DNA of 64,000 nucleotides from Alphaproteobacteria bacterium (lineage in GTDB: Bacteria > Pseudomonadota > Alphaproteobacteria > UBA828). The stretch spans positions 4,096,001-4,160,000 of the forward strand of contig OZ243972.1 in assembly GCA_965214705.1 (NCBI GenBank). Direction: 5' to 3'. Position numbers and translations under genes: made by a program. The notes beneath the pieces were generated by a model. That model made no database searches and was not told the origin of the DNA. It saw nothing but the letters and a program-made list of their open reading frames with translations. Positions 1 through 9,483 of this stretch are shown piece after piece; the stretch's first letter is position 1; each line of letters opens with the position of its first letter.

Positions 1-414
1 CTCGAGCAGGGTCTGGGAGGCGGCCTTGAAGAGCAGCCTGTAGATGAGCGCGGCATTGCCCTGGGCCACGGGGTTGAGCTCGTGGGGCAGGGTGAACACG
101 ACATGCCAGTAGTCGATGTCGAGCAGATCGGCGCACTGACGCTCAACCCACCTGGTCTGCGAGAGGGTCTGGCACTTGGGGCAATGACGGTTCCGGCACG
201 AGGCGTACTGGATCGTCACCGCCCCGCAGTGATCGCATTCTGCCTTGAACCCGCCGAGCACAGCGGTGCGGCAGTTCACCAGCGCGTCGACGACCCTCTG
301 CTGCTGGGCCGAGAGCAGATGTGTCTCGCCATAGGCGTCGCCGCGCTCGCGCAGGATGTCCGCGACCTCCAGCGCCGGCCGTGTGGCTGGCGCCGCGTGG
401 CCGACATGAGCCAC
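1..414 (-). CDS. IS91-family (Y2/HUH) transposase, N-terminal zinc-binding part; runs off the window start
   Basis: Manual translation from GTG at 414: MAHVGHAAPATRPALEVADILRERG...CRTAVLGG...CDHC...YASCRNRHCPKCQ...YWHVVFTLPHEL, the typical IS91-type Zn-binding N-terminus. Not in the ORF track because it is open at the edge. Confidence 0.9.
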   Translation of the reverse strand, partial: MAHVGHAAPATRPALEVADILRERGDAYGETHLLSAQQQRVVDALVNCRTAVLGGFKAECDHCGAVTIQYASCRNRHCPKCQTLSQTRWVERQCADLLDIDYWHVVFTLPHELNPVAQGNAALIYRLLFKAASQTLLE

Positions 415-417
415 CGG

Positions 418-1272
418 TCAGGCCTGGGCAGGACGCGGAAACTCCAGCAGGTCCAGGGGCGACGGCGTGGCGGACGTCTTGTCGTGAGCAAGGTGAAGGT
501 AGCGCATGGTCGAGCGGATTGAGGTGTGCCCGAGGCGGCGTTGGATGACATGCAGCTCGACGCCGGCCTCGAGGAGCCCGGTGGCGTAGCAATGGCGCAG
601 CGTGTGGATCCCGCCGGGCTTGGCGATCCCGGCTTTGTCCTTGGCTCGATCGTAAACGTGTGCTGGCCCATGGCGCGTCATCGGCCGGCCGGGAATCCGA
701 CCGGGGAACAGCCAGTGCTCGGGCCGTACCCGCTGCCAGTACTCGCGCAGCTCGTCGAGCAGCCGGGGCGAGAGCGGGACGTAGCGGTCCTTGTTGCCCT
801 TGCCCTGATCGACGCGCAGGCACATCCGCTGTGAGTCGATATCGCTGATCTGCAACCGGCCGAGCTCGCTCGCCCGAAGCCCCGCTGCATAGGCCGTCAT
901 CAGCAAGGCGCGGTGCTTGCGGTTGATGGTGACGCTGAACAGCCGCACCAGTTCGTCTTGGTTGAGCAGTACGGGCAGGGTGGAAGGCGTCTTGGCGAAG
1001 GGCAGATAGAAGTGCGGCTCGGGCAAGCCCAGCGTGATGCGATAGAGGAAGCGGATCCCTTGGCGAGCGCTGTTGCAGCTCTGCCAAGCCAGCCCCCGCT
1101 CTTCGTGAAGAAAGATGAGGTACTCCTGGACTTCCTCCGCTGAGATGTGCTCGGGGCTGCGACCGTAGTGAACCGCGAGCCCGGAGACCGAGTTGAGGTA
1201 GGACTTCCTGGTGTTCTCGGCGAAGCCGCGAACCGTCATGTCGTTGATCATGCGCTGGCGAAGTGCCGTCAT
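418..1272 (-). CDS. Tyrosine recombinase/integrase paired with the IS91-like transposase
   Basis: 284 aa; MTALRQRMINDM start; YAAGLRASE, GKGNKDR, HTLRHCYAT, LGHTSIRSTMRY catalytic boxes; stop 4 nt before the transposase start. Confidence 0.93.
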   Translation of the reverse strand: MTALRQRMINDMTVRGFAENTRKSYLNSVSGLAVHYGRSPEHISAEEVQEYLIFLHEERGLAWQSCNSARQGIRFLYRITLGLPEPHFYLPFAKTPSTLPVLLNQDELVRLFSVTINRKHRALLMTAYAAGLRASELGRLQISDIDSQRMCLRVDQGKGNKDRYVPLSPRLLDELREYWQRVRPEHWLFPGRIPGRPMTRHGPAHVYDRAKDKAGIAKPGGIHTLRHCYATGLLEAGVELHVIQRRLGHTSIRSTMRYLHLAHDKTSATPSPLDLLEFPRPAQA

Positions 1273-1492
1273 GGGGCGTCTCCCTCTGGGTTTGGTCTGT
1301 CACGAAGACACGCCCATGCTCTTGCTCGCCGGCTTGGCGGTCGACGACCATCGATCAACGAGGGAGAAACAGGATTCGACCCTGCGCCCAGACGCTGGAG
1401 CGAACGGCCACACTCAACTTACGCGCGGCAAGGAGATCACTCTGGGCACCCGGCGGCCGAGGCGCCCCGCCGCGGAACGCGGCTCAGTTCAA

Positions 1493-1580
1493 TATCAGTT
1501 ATGTCGAGAGAGTTTTTATGGGCAGCTGAGCCGCTCCGGTCCTGCAGGAACAAGCCGCAGGACCGGATTCGCTCAACATT
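1493..1580 (+). repeat. RIT left terminal inverted repeat (88 bp)
   Basis: TATCAGTTATGTCGAGAG...GCTCAACATT; exact reverse complement of 7268-7355. Confidence 0.95.
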
Positions 1581-1624
1581 ATGTAAGCCTCTCCTCCCCC
1601 ACTGAGGATAGGAGGAGAGTGACG

Positions 1625-3190
1625 ATGTCATCGACAGCAACGCGGGTCTTTCGGCCGGGGCCGACGCCGCACCAGTTCCAACATCACCTTCAAGCATTTG
1701 TGGACTATTTGCGCCGCTGCGACTTTACCGAGAACACCATCAGCAGCCTGTGGCGTTCGGCGCGGCACCTTCTCGTTTGGCTGCACCAAGAGGGCGTGGC
1801 CATTGTCTCGGTTGACGATGCCGTGTTGCGCCGTTTCCGTCATCACGAATGCGGATGTGCAGGGACGCTGCCGTCGCGCCGCAAAGAGACTACCGTGTAC
1901 CCACGCCCCTTGATGACGGGCGCGTTGAAGCTCGTGCAGTACTTGGAGGACACGGGCCACATCCCACATCCCGGCGACCTTCATGAAGGATTGACCCTTC
2001 TGGAAGACTTCATCGCCCGGCGCGCAATCGACGGTTACGCTGCCGCCACGCTCGCCTATTGGCGGGGCGTGTGCCGGCACCTTCTCTTCTGGATGCATCG
2101 GTCCCGCATTCCCATGCGGGAAGTCGATTCCGATGTGGTGGAGCAGTTCCTCGGCCACGACTGCGTCTGCCCAGGCTGCTCCAGGAACTTCGGCAGTCTC
2201 CGCTACGACCCGCAGTACGTTCGTCCCTTCGTCGAGTTTGCGCAGTACCTCACTGACAGAGGCGTGCTCCACCATCGGACGGTGGTGCCCGAAACGGCGA
2301 GGGACACCTCGCTGGACGGATTCGGCGAGTGGCTTCGACGACATCGCGGCATTGGGGCTGAGAGAATCCGCGATCACAAACGCAACGTCAGCACGTTGCT
2401 CGCGAGACTTGGGCAAGATCCTGAAGGTTACAACGCTGCGCGCATCCGAGCCGCGCTGCTTGCACGGTTCGAGGGGGTGTCATGGGGTCATGCCCAGACG
2501 CTGGCGACCTCCATGCAAATGTATCTGCGGTATCTTGCTGCTCGCGGAATCTGTTCGCCGACTCTCGTCGATGCAGTCCCAAGGGGCCGCGTCTGGAAGT
2601 TGGCCAGCCTGCCTCGATATCTTCCTGCCGAGGCCATCGAGCAGGTCATCCGATGCTGCGATGTCACGACGCCCGTAGGTCTGCGTGATCGGGCGATCCT
2701 CCTTCTCCTCGCCCGCCTCGGCCTACGCGCAGGAGATATCGTCCGGCTACGTCTCGATGACATCGACTGGCACAACGCGATAATCCGCGTGTGCGGGAAG
2801 TCCCGGCGGCAGGTGGGATTGCCGCTTCCCCAGGATGCAGGCGACGCCGTTCTCGCCTACATCGAGCAGGCGCGTCCGCGCGTCGCCGAGGACCAGGTCT
2901 TCCTTCGGGCAAAAGCACCGCATCGGCCCTTTGCTTGTAGTGGAACGGTCTCGGCACGCGTCAAATCCGCTCTGAAGCGGGCCGGCATGAGCGAAGTCCG
3001 ACCGCGGGGCTCGCACCTCTTCCGTCACTCCACAGCGACCAACTTGGTTCGCTCCGGAGTGTCGCTCGACGTTATCGGCGCGCTTCTGCGGCATCGCTCG
3101 CTGGATACCACCGCGATCTATGCCAAGACCGACCGCCCGATGCTTCTCGAGGTGGCGCAGCCCTGGATCGGGGATCTGCCATGCACATGA
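1625..3190 (+). CDS. ritA: RitA-like tyrosine recombinase (521 aa, extended N-terminus)
   Basis: GGAGGAG RBS before ATG 1625; LARLGLRAGD, HLFRHS, LLRHRSLDTTAIYAK; ends ..QPWIGDLPCT overlapping the next gene. Confidence 0.88.
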   Translation: MSSTATRVFRPGPTPHQFQHHLQAFVDYLRRCDFTENTISSLWRSARHLLVWLHQEGVAIVSVDDAVLRRFRHHECGCAGTLPSRRKETTVYPRPLMTGALKLVQYLEDTGHIPHPGDLHEGLTLLEDFIARRAIDGYAAATLAYWRGVCRHLLFWMHRSRIPMREVDSDVVEQFLGHDCVCPGCSRNFGSLRYDPQYVRPFVEFAQYLTDRGVLHHRTVVPETARDTSLDGFGEWLRRHRGIGAERIRDHKRNVSTLLARLGQDPEGYNAARIRAALLARFEGVSWGHAQTLATSMQMYLRYLAARGICSPTLVDAVPRGRVWKLASLPRYLPAEAIEQVIRCCDVTTPVGLRDRAILLLLARLGLRAGDIVRLRLDDIDWHNAIIRVCGKSRRQVGLPLPQDAGDAVLAYIEQARPRVAEDQVFLRAKAPHRPFACSGTVSARVKSALKRAGMSEVRPRGSHLFRHSTATNLVRSGVSLDVIGALLRHRSLDTTAIYAKTDRPMLLEVAQPWIGDLPCT

Positions 3191-4104
3191 AGAAGCATGT
3201 TGGCCGTTTCGTCGCCCTCAAACGACATCTTGGCTGCCGGTACGAGAACGAAGAACGCCTGCTGCTCGCGTGGGCAGATAACGCGATGGCGCTCGGAGAG
3301 GACTTTGTCCGGGCCGAAACGATGATTCGTTTTGCCTCCGACACGCCATCCCCCGGGAGAGCTCGGAAACGTCTGAGGCAACTCCGGCAGTTCGCCCTAT
3401 GGCTGCACAGTGAAGATGACCGTCACGAGATTCCACACATAGACGCGCTTGGCCGCGCGAAGGTGCAGAGGCGTACACCGCGCCTGTTGGGTGAGGCTGA
3501 GGTGAAACGGCTGATGGAAGCCGCCCTGCGCCTTCCGCCGGCCGGTTCGATCACGCCGCACACCTTGTACTGTGTGATCGGCTTGGTGGCTGTAACCGGT
3601 TTGCGGCGCTCCGAAGTCTGTGGACTGCGCTTCTCGGACATCACCTCCGACGGGCTCGTCATTCGAGAAACCAAGTTCAGGAAGTCTCGACTCGTTCCGC
3701 TGCATCCGAACTCGTGTGATGCACTCGCGGCCTATCTGGAGATCCGCAAGCAGCTCGGCGGCACGAGCGACGCGTTGTTCGTTCTGTCGAACGGCAAACC
3801 CCTCAACAAGGCCACTTTGACCACGATGTTCGTGAAGCTGGCCCGTGCCACAGGACTACGCGGCGGTCCCGGTGAGCCGGGTGTCAGGCTTCACGACTTG
3901 AGGCATCGCTTCTCCGTCACGTCGCTTGAGCAGGCAATCGCAACCGATCGAGACCAGGTCAGCCGGCACATGCTCGCGCTCTCGACCTACCTCGGCCACT
4001 CCTCCGTTACCTCGACCTATTGGTACCTCGAGGCGACGCCGACCTTGCTGAAGCAGATTGCCTGGGAGACGGAAAACGCACGGACGCAGAGGATGAGGCC
4101 ATGA
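3181..4104 (+). CDS. ritB: RitB-like tyrosine recombinase
   Basis: VTGLRRSE, TKFRKSRLVPLH, HDLRHRF, LSTYLGH..TYWYL; ATGA overlap with ritC. Confidence 0.9.
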   Translation: MHMKKHVGRFVALKRHLGCRYENEERLLLAWADNAMALGEDFVRAETMIRFASDTPSPGRARKRLRQLRQFALWLHSEDDRHEIPHIDALGRAKVQRRTPRLLGEAEVKRLMEAALRLPPAGSITPHTLYCVIGLVAVTGLRRSEVCGLRFSDITSDGLVIRETKFRKSRLVPLHPNSCDALAAYLEIRKQLGGTSDALFVLSNGKPLNKATLTTMFVKLARATGLRGGPGEPGVRLHDLRHRFSVTSLEQAIATDRDQVSRHMLALSTYLGHSSVTSTYWYLEATPTLLKQIAWETENARTQRMRP

Positions 4105-4154
4105 CCGAATTAGCTCCCCATATCAGCATGTTCCTACGGCACCATATGCCCCAG

Positions 4155-6314
4155 CCCAAGTTGGCACTTTTGTCCTACCCATGTCCTTTATCGTGTTGAT
4201 GTAACGCGATATTTCTCTCGGCCGGTTCCAACATGGCACTACATTTTGTTGGATTCTGTCAGTTCGGCAGGCGGGTCCTCGTGCGGTGGATGGCGGGTTC
4301 CACGCCCGCCGCCGAGGAGATTGCGGCAACCTCAGCGGCCGGGCGCGTGTCCTGTCGATTGACGATCAAGGTGCCGTCGGTCTGGCGCAGGCGCGTGGTG
4401 ATCCGCACCCAGGTCCGCATGCTCTCGCGGATCGATGCCCAGCACTTGTGGATGTCCCGCGCGGCCAGCCGGGTACGGATCAGATGCACGGCGTGGTAGG
4501 CCAGCACGGCGATCAGCAGGTGGGCCGCGATGCGCCGGTCGAGCTGGTGCCAGATCGGGCGAAGGCCGAGTTCGGATTTCAGGCTTCGGAATGTCGCCTC
4601 GATATCCGTGATCCGCCAGTACGTCCGCAGGACCGTCTCGATATCCCAGTCGACGTGGCTGGTGCGCAGCACATAGGCGCCCGCGCCCTCATCGGCCTCG
4701 TCGTATCGCGGCCTGCGCTTGAAGCGCACGGCGGTGGCATTGGGGCCGGTGTCCGCCTTCTCGACCGTGATCTCGTAGTGCCTGGCGACGGCGGAGAAGC
4801 GCTGCTTGAGGCGGCCTATGCTCTCCAGCACCTTGTCGTAGCGCTTGAGGCGGCCCTTGACCGCAAGGCCGCCGTGGAGCCTTTGCAGCGCCGCCTCGAA
4901 GCGGTTCCGCCTCAGGCCGATGATCGCGTTCTCGGCCTTCTTCTTGCCCTCGCTGACGACGTAGAGCCGCGCCTCGCCGTCCTCGCTGGCAAGCCGCCAG
5001 GCCCGCACCTCGTGGCGCGCGCTGGTGATCAGCAGGGCCTCGGGTCCGCCCTCGGGCGGCGCAGGCCTGGCACCGCGGCTGACCGCGATCCAGTCGTAGC
5101 CCGGCTCGCCCAGCCAGACGATGTTCTCCTCGGTGGCGATGCCCGCGTCCATGACCACCGTGGGCTTCGCCGCCGTGCCGCCGCATACCGCCTCGAGCCG
5201 GGCCAGCGCCTCGTGCAGCGTGCCCGGCTCGCTCACGTTGCCGGGCAGGATCTCGCAACTGCGCGGGAAGCCCGCACCGTCGAGCGCCAGCGCCAGCGTG
5301 ATGAGGGGACAGTCGTCGCGCTTCTGCTTGGAGCGCCCGAACCTGGGAAGCTCGCCGTCGGTGTGGCCGTGGTAGTGGACGTTGGTGAGATCGTAGAAGG
5401 CGATCGTCTCGGGCAGGTCGAGCAGCGCGCGCTCACGGTTGAACAGTTCCCTCTGGATGGCGGCCCGGTGGCGCCAGAGCAGGTCGCCGATGCGATAGAG
5501 CGTCTTGCGCCGCAGCGCCTTGCGGTCGCCCTCCAGGCCCAGGAGCTCGGCGGCCGCGCTGTCGTGGCGGAGCCAGCGGCTGGTATCACGCTCGCTGGCG
5601 GGATGGACCATCCTGGCGACGATCAGCGCGCTGGCGATGCGTCCGTCGCGGCCCTTGATGTCGAGGCCGTGGAGGATTTCGGCGAAGCCAAGGTCGTCGA
5701 GGGCCTTGAGGCACAGGCGCTCGCAGCCGACGGTGCGCGGGTTCTCATGCTCCAGGGTATCGAGGTCGACGGTGGCGATCTCGGGCTTGCGCGCCTCTTC
5801 CTGCATCGCCTCGGCACGGAACCCCCTGGCCCTGAGCTTGGCGACGATGTCCTCGGCTGCGGCCTGCACGTCCGGGACGGCTTGGAGCAGCGGCGGGCGG
5901 CCGTGCAGCAGCGCCTCGGCGAGTTCGGCCACTTCGCGCCATTTCTCCTTCGGCACCGGATAGTCGGTGCCGAGGTTGAGGAGCGTGCGCTGCCTGACCT
6001 TGTCGCCGATGCGCTGGGAGAGCACGAGGCGATGGCTTCGGACGGGCTTGCCGTCGGTGGTGTGGGTCTTGGTTGCCCTGATGAACATGTCGCCCGTCGC
6101 GAGATTGTTGCGAGGGGCCAAGATTTGTCGGCTTGGGGTCTGGGGTCAAGGGAAAATCGTCAATACCTAACAACTCCTGGCACTACAACGCGCTTCCAGC
6201 GCCTCAATTACACATATAGTGGCATCATCTCGGAGCTACCCCAATATGTGGTACTTCGGTCCGCAAAATATGGGCAGACCGGCATTGAGCAACCGGAAAA
6301 AGTGCCAACTTGGG
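4155..6314 (-). mobile_element. IS1634-family insertion sequence
   Basis: 17-bp IR CCCAAGTTGGCACTTTT / AAAAGTGCCAACTTGGG; 4-bp direct repeat CCAG at 4151-4154 and 6315-6318. Confidence 0.93.
4259..6088 (-). CDS. IS1634-family DDE transposase
   Basis: MFIR...QRTLLNLG, FYDLTN, FGRSKQKRDDCP, VMDAGI, IEATFRSLKSELGLRPIWH motifs. Confidence 0.93.
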   Translation of the reverse strand: MFIRATKTHTTDGKPVRSHRLVLSQRIGDKVRQRTLLNLGTDYPVPKEKWREVAELAEALLHGRPPLLQAVPDVQAAAEDIVAKLRARGFRAEAMQEEARKPEIATVDLDTLEHENPRTVGCERLCLKALDDLGFAEILHGLDIKGRDGRIASALIVARMVHPASERDTSRWLRHDSAAAELLGLEGDRKALRRKTLYRIGDLLWRHRAAIQRELFNRERALLDLPETIAFYDLTNVHYHGHTDGELPRFGRSKQKRDDCPLITLALALDGAGFPRSCEILPGNVSEPGTLHEALARLEAVCGGTAAKPTVVMDAGIATEENIVWLGEPGYDWIAVSRGARPAPPEGGPEALLITSARHEVRAWRLASEDGEARLYVVSEGKKKAENAIIGLRRNRFEAALQRLHGGLAVKGRLKRYDKVLESIGRLKQRFSAVARHYEITVEKADTGPNATAVRFKRRPRYDEADEGAGAYVLRTSHVDWDIETVLRTYWRITDIEATFRSLKSELGLRPIWHQLDRRIAAHLLIAVLAYHAVHLIRTRLAARDIHKCWASIRESMRTWVRITTRLRQTDGTLIVNRQDTRPAAEVAAISSAAGVEPAIHRTRTRLPN

Positions 6315-7267
6315 CCAGGAGCGCAACGCCAGCCGGCATACTGTCGGCAGCTACACCGACAGCTTCGTGCTGTTGAGCCGCTTCGCGGCAGATCGGCTCG
6401 GCATCCGCCCCAGCGCGATCACGATCGAGCACCTCTCGAGCGAGCTGGTTCTCGACTTCCTCGATCATCTGGAGAGAGACCGGGGGAACACGGTCCCCAC
6501 GCGGAACGTGCGCCTTGCCGCGATCAAGTCGTTCTTCCGATACCTCGAGTACCGTTTACCGGCCTGTCTCGATGTGGCTCAACAGATCAGCGCCATCCCG
6601 ATGAAGCGTCATGACCAAACGGTCATCGACTGCCTCGACCACGATGAAGTGCAGGCATTGCTTGACGCACCGGACCCCAAAACCGCAGCTGGTTTGCGCG
6701 ATCGGGCAATGCTGCACCTGGCCTACTGCGCCGGGCTTCGGGTCTCGGAACTGGTCGGGGTCATGGTCGGCGACCTCGGGCATCCGCACGCCGATACGGT
6801 GCGGGTGACGGGGAAGGGTCGAAGGAAGCGCACGCTCCCGCTGTGGAAGGAAACCAGTGCGGTTCTCCGCGACTGGCTTGCCATCCGGCCAGCCGTGGAG
6901 GACGACCACGTCTTCCTCAATGCCAGGTGCGCCCCGATAAGCCGCCATGGGTTCGCCCATCGCTTGGCGCTGCACGCCGCGACCGCTCGCAAGACGATGC
7001 CGTCATTGGCGAGCAAGCGGATCACGCCGCACGTGTTGAGGCACGCGTGTGGCCTCCATACCTACGAGGTCACAAGGGACATTCGAAAGGTGTCTCTCTG
7101 GCTGGGGCACGCCAGCATCCGCAGTACGGAGATATACCTGCGTAGCGATCCCATCGGGAAGCTTGAGATCCTTGCTCGAGGAGTTCCTCCCTCGATCAGA
7201 AAGGGCGCCTTTACGGACGCGCCTGATCGTCTGATGGCCATTCTGCACGACGCACGCGCCGCGTAGA

Positions 7268-7355
7268 AATGTTGAGCGAATCCGGTCCTGCGGCTTGTTC
7301 CTGCAGGACCGGAGCGGCTCAGCTGCCCATAAAAACTCTCTCGACATAACTGATA
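7268..7355 (-). repeat. RIT right terminal inverted repeat (88 bp)
   Basis: Exact reverse complement of 1493-1580; begins 1 nt after the ritC stop. Confidence 0.95.
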
Positions 7356-7406
7356 GACGCGGGCTTCGTTCTCGCTCACCCGCCGGAACCTGATGTCGCT
7401 GCTCAT
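7356..7406 (-). pseudogene. 5' stub of a small gene (MSSDIRFRRVSENEARVY) cut by the RIT end
   Basis: ATG preceded by GGGGAGAAGAG; same strand and downstream of the primase-like gene; frame runs into the RIT IR. Confidence 0.5.
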
Positions 7407-7483
7407 GCTCTTCTCCCCGTAGCGTGATGCCGGCGCGGAGAGGACTCTCTCTCCTCTCCATGCGGCTCGCCCCATGGCTACCC

Positions 7484-8500
7484 TCACCCGGGCTCCCGGC
7501 TTGCGAGCGCGGCCGCCGTCCAGGCGGCAAGCGCGGCGGGGCCGAACGCGAGGAGATCGTCATTAAAATCTTCACCCTTGGGCGAGATGACCGTGGCGGC
7601 GACGCCCGCCCGCGCGCAGCGCCGGGCGAGGCGGAGAGCCGCGCGTTCCCCTTCCGCGTCATTGTCACGTGCGATGACGATGCGGGCGACGCCGGGCGGA
7701 GGCGCGAAGGCGCCGAGGCTGCCGGCCGACAGAGCGGCGGCGGCGGTGATCTCGGGTGAGGCGGTCACCAAGGAGAGCACGGTCTCTATGCCCTCGCCGA
7801 CGAGGAGCGAAGCTCCGTCGGCGGGGTCGCCGAAGCGGACGGCATGGCCGTGCACGCGGCCCAGCGCCTTGCGCGGGCGCGAGACGCTGGCCTTGGCGGG
7901 ACGCTGGTGATCGAGCCACGTACGCAGCACGCCGCAGACGGCATTGGGATCGGGGCGTTCCCCCGGACCGGGGAGCTCCCCCGCGCCGCTGGTAACGGCG
8001 GCGACCAGCGCGGGCAGGCGGCGCACGCCGCCGCCATCCCTGTAGAGCAACGCGGGGTGGTAGCGCAGCGCGGGGAAGCGGCAGCGCGCGAGCCCGCGAG
8101 CGTGGAGGTACGCTTCCGCATGGGTGCCGTCGATGGCGCGGCAACGCCGCCACAGGCGCCGCGCCGCCTCGGTGGCGTCGTAGGCGTTGCCCGAGCCCGC
8201 AGCCGGCGCAGCCGACCGGGCGAGGAAGGCGCGGGCTTCGTCGAGCGCCGCGCGGAGCGTCGGCGCGCAGATGCGGTGGCGGATGATGTCGAGCAGATCG
8301 CCATGCTCGCCTGTTGCTGCATCGGTGAATTTCCCCGGCGCACCCGGAGGCGCGAGACGGACGTAGCGGGATCGGCCGCGCCCGCCGTCGAGATCGCCTG
8401 CGACCCAATAGCGACCCCGGCGCCGCCCGTAGGGCAGGTATCGTCGGCAGACCTCCTCGGTGCGCTCGGCGAGCGCGGCGGCGACGGCGGCCGCGTTCAT
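7484..8500 (-). CDS. Plasmid/ICE primase-like protein (DUF7146-type domain + Toprim)
   Basis: VCRRYLP.G, GEHGDLLDII, AEAYLHARG, GVLRTWL, VGEGIETVLS, IARDND..G, DFNDDL. Confidence 0.85.
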   Translation of the reverse strand: MNAAAVAAALAERTEEVCRRYLPYGRRRGRYWVAGDLDGGRGRSRYVRLAPPGAPGKFTDAATGEHGDLLDIIRHRICAPTLRAALDEARAFLARSAAPAAGSGNAYDATEAARRLWRRCRAIDGTHAEAYLHARGLARCRFPALRYHPALLYRDGGGVRRLPALVAAVTSGAGELPGPGERPDPNAVCGVLRTWLDHQRPAKASVSRPRKALGRVHGHAVRFGDPADGASLLVGEGIETVLSLVTASPEITAAAALSAGSLGAFAPPPGVARIVIARDNDAEGERAALRLARRCARAGVAATVISPKGEDFNDDLLAFGPAALAAWTAAALASREPG

Positions 8501-8640
8501 GGCGCACACTTCGGGATCGAACGGGAACCGGCGAAGCCGGGACCGTGAGCGGAGATGGAGATCATGGGAACCTCGCTGGCCGCTGATGGGACGTATCCCG
8601 GTCCCGGCATCGCTCGGGCTCTTGTCGGCGCCGGAACGGC

Positions 8641-8770
8641 GGACGGCGCGCGAAGCGGAGCCGCGCCGTCCGGCCCGTGAGAAACTCGAAACAGGCTGCA
8701 TAAAAATGGCCGGACCCGCGCGGGAGGGACGCGGGTCCGGCCAAGGCCAGCGGGAGGGAGAAGCCCGCTG
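8641..8770. promoter_or_regulatory. Three consecutive stem-loops between ssb and the primase-like gene
   Basis: Stems 8641-8650/8662-8671, 8707-8720/8730-8743 and 8748-8754/8764-8770; two contain GGGAGGGA at the loop. Confidence 0.55.
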
Positions 8771-8783
8771 CGGGGAGGTCCCC

Positions 8784-9239
8784 TTAGAAGGGTATATCGC
8801 CTGCCCCTGCGGGATCGGCGGAGCCGCTCTCGGCGGCCGGGGTAGCCTCATCGTCGGACGCCTGGGCGCCGTTGCCGTTGGTGCCGGCGGGGCGATCCAG
8901 GAATTGCACGCGTCCGCCGGGGACGAGCAGGATCTCGGTGGAGAACCGGTCGCTGTCCTCGCCGTCCTTGCGCCACTTCCTGGTCTGCAGCTTGCCCGCG
9001 ACGTAGACCAACCGGCCCTTCTTCGCGTGCTTTTCCAGCATGTCGATCAGCCCGCTCTGGAAGCTGACGACCCTGTGCCACTCGGTCCGATCCACCCGCT
9101 CGCCGCTCTGGCGATCCAGATAGGATTCGTCGGTCGCCACCGACATATTGGCGACGCGCCCGCCGGAGGCGAGGTTGCTGATGGTCGCATCGGCGCCCAG
9201 CCGGCCGATGATCTGAGCCTGGTTCAGTCCGAATGCCAT
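8784..9239 (-). CDS. ssb: Single-stranded DNA-binding protein
   Basis: LNQAQIIGRLGAD, TEWHRVV, KGRLVYVAGKLQTRKW, C-terminal DIPF; AAGGAG RBS. Confidence 0.95.
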   Translation of the reverse strand: MAFGLNQAQIIGRLGADATISNLASGGRVANMSVATDESYLDRQSGERVDRTEWHRVVSFQSGLIDMLEKHAKKGRLVYVAGKLQTRKWRKDGEDSDRFSTEILLVPGGRVQFLDRPAGTNGNGAQASDDEATPAAESGSADPAGAGDIPF

Positions 9240-9483
9240 GATCGTGTCTCCTTGCGATTCGAGTTGATGACGAAGGTTGACGAGCGGGTCGGAGCCTCTC
9301 CTCGGCCCCGCCCTGCTCACCTTCTCCAAGCTTCACTCCTCCTCTCGTCTGCCGCCTGCTCCGAGGCCCGCCGGGTTCACGAGGGCTCGCGTACCGCACG
9401 GCCGGTGACTGCCGTGGTGCCGATTGGAGATCGCGGATGTCGGGAGCACGATCATCTTCGGAACGCCCGCGGCGGGTCTGCGC

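Larger units (their letters stand above)
1..1492 (-). mobile_element. Integrase + IS91-like transposase element (partial)
   Basis: Two-gene arrangement; probable end motif GCGGCTCAGTTCAA at 1479-1492 directly abuts the RIT inverted repeat. Confidence 0.7.
4101..7266 (+). pseudogene. ritC: RitC-like tyrosine recombinase split by IS1634: join(4101..4154,6319..7266)
   Basis: Removing the IS and one CCAG copy restores the frame MTELAPHISMFLRHHMPQ|ERNASRHTVGSY...GLRVSE..GKGRR..HVLRH..LGHASIRSTEIY. Confidence 0.92.
1493..7355 (+). mobile_element. RIT (recombinase-in-trio) element, third gene interrupted by IS1634
   Basis: Three overlapping co-directional tyrosine recombinase genes bounded by 88-bp perfect inverted repeats (1493-1580 / 7268-7355). 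Confidence 0.9.

Noticed and set aside
1211-1624. 138-aa N-terminal extension of the 659-aa integrase ORF
   Set aside because: It crosses the element boundary and IR; a strong RBS precedes ATG 1625.
4286-6376. Long antisense ORFs (also 13803..15674, 31721..35464, 47640..51248, 58444..60696)
   Set aside because: Shadow frames of real high-GC genes, with no motifs of their own.
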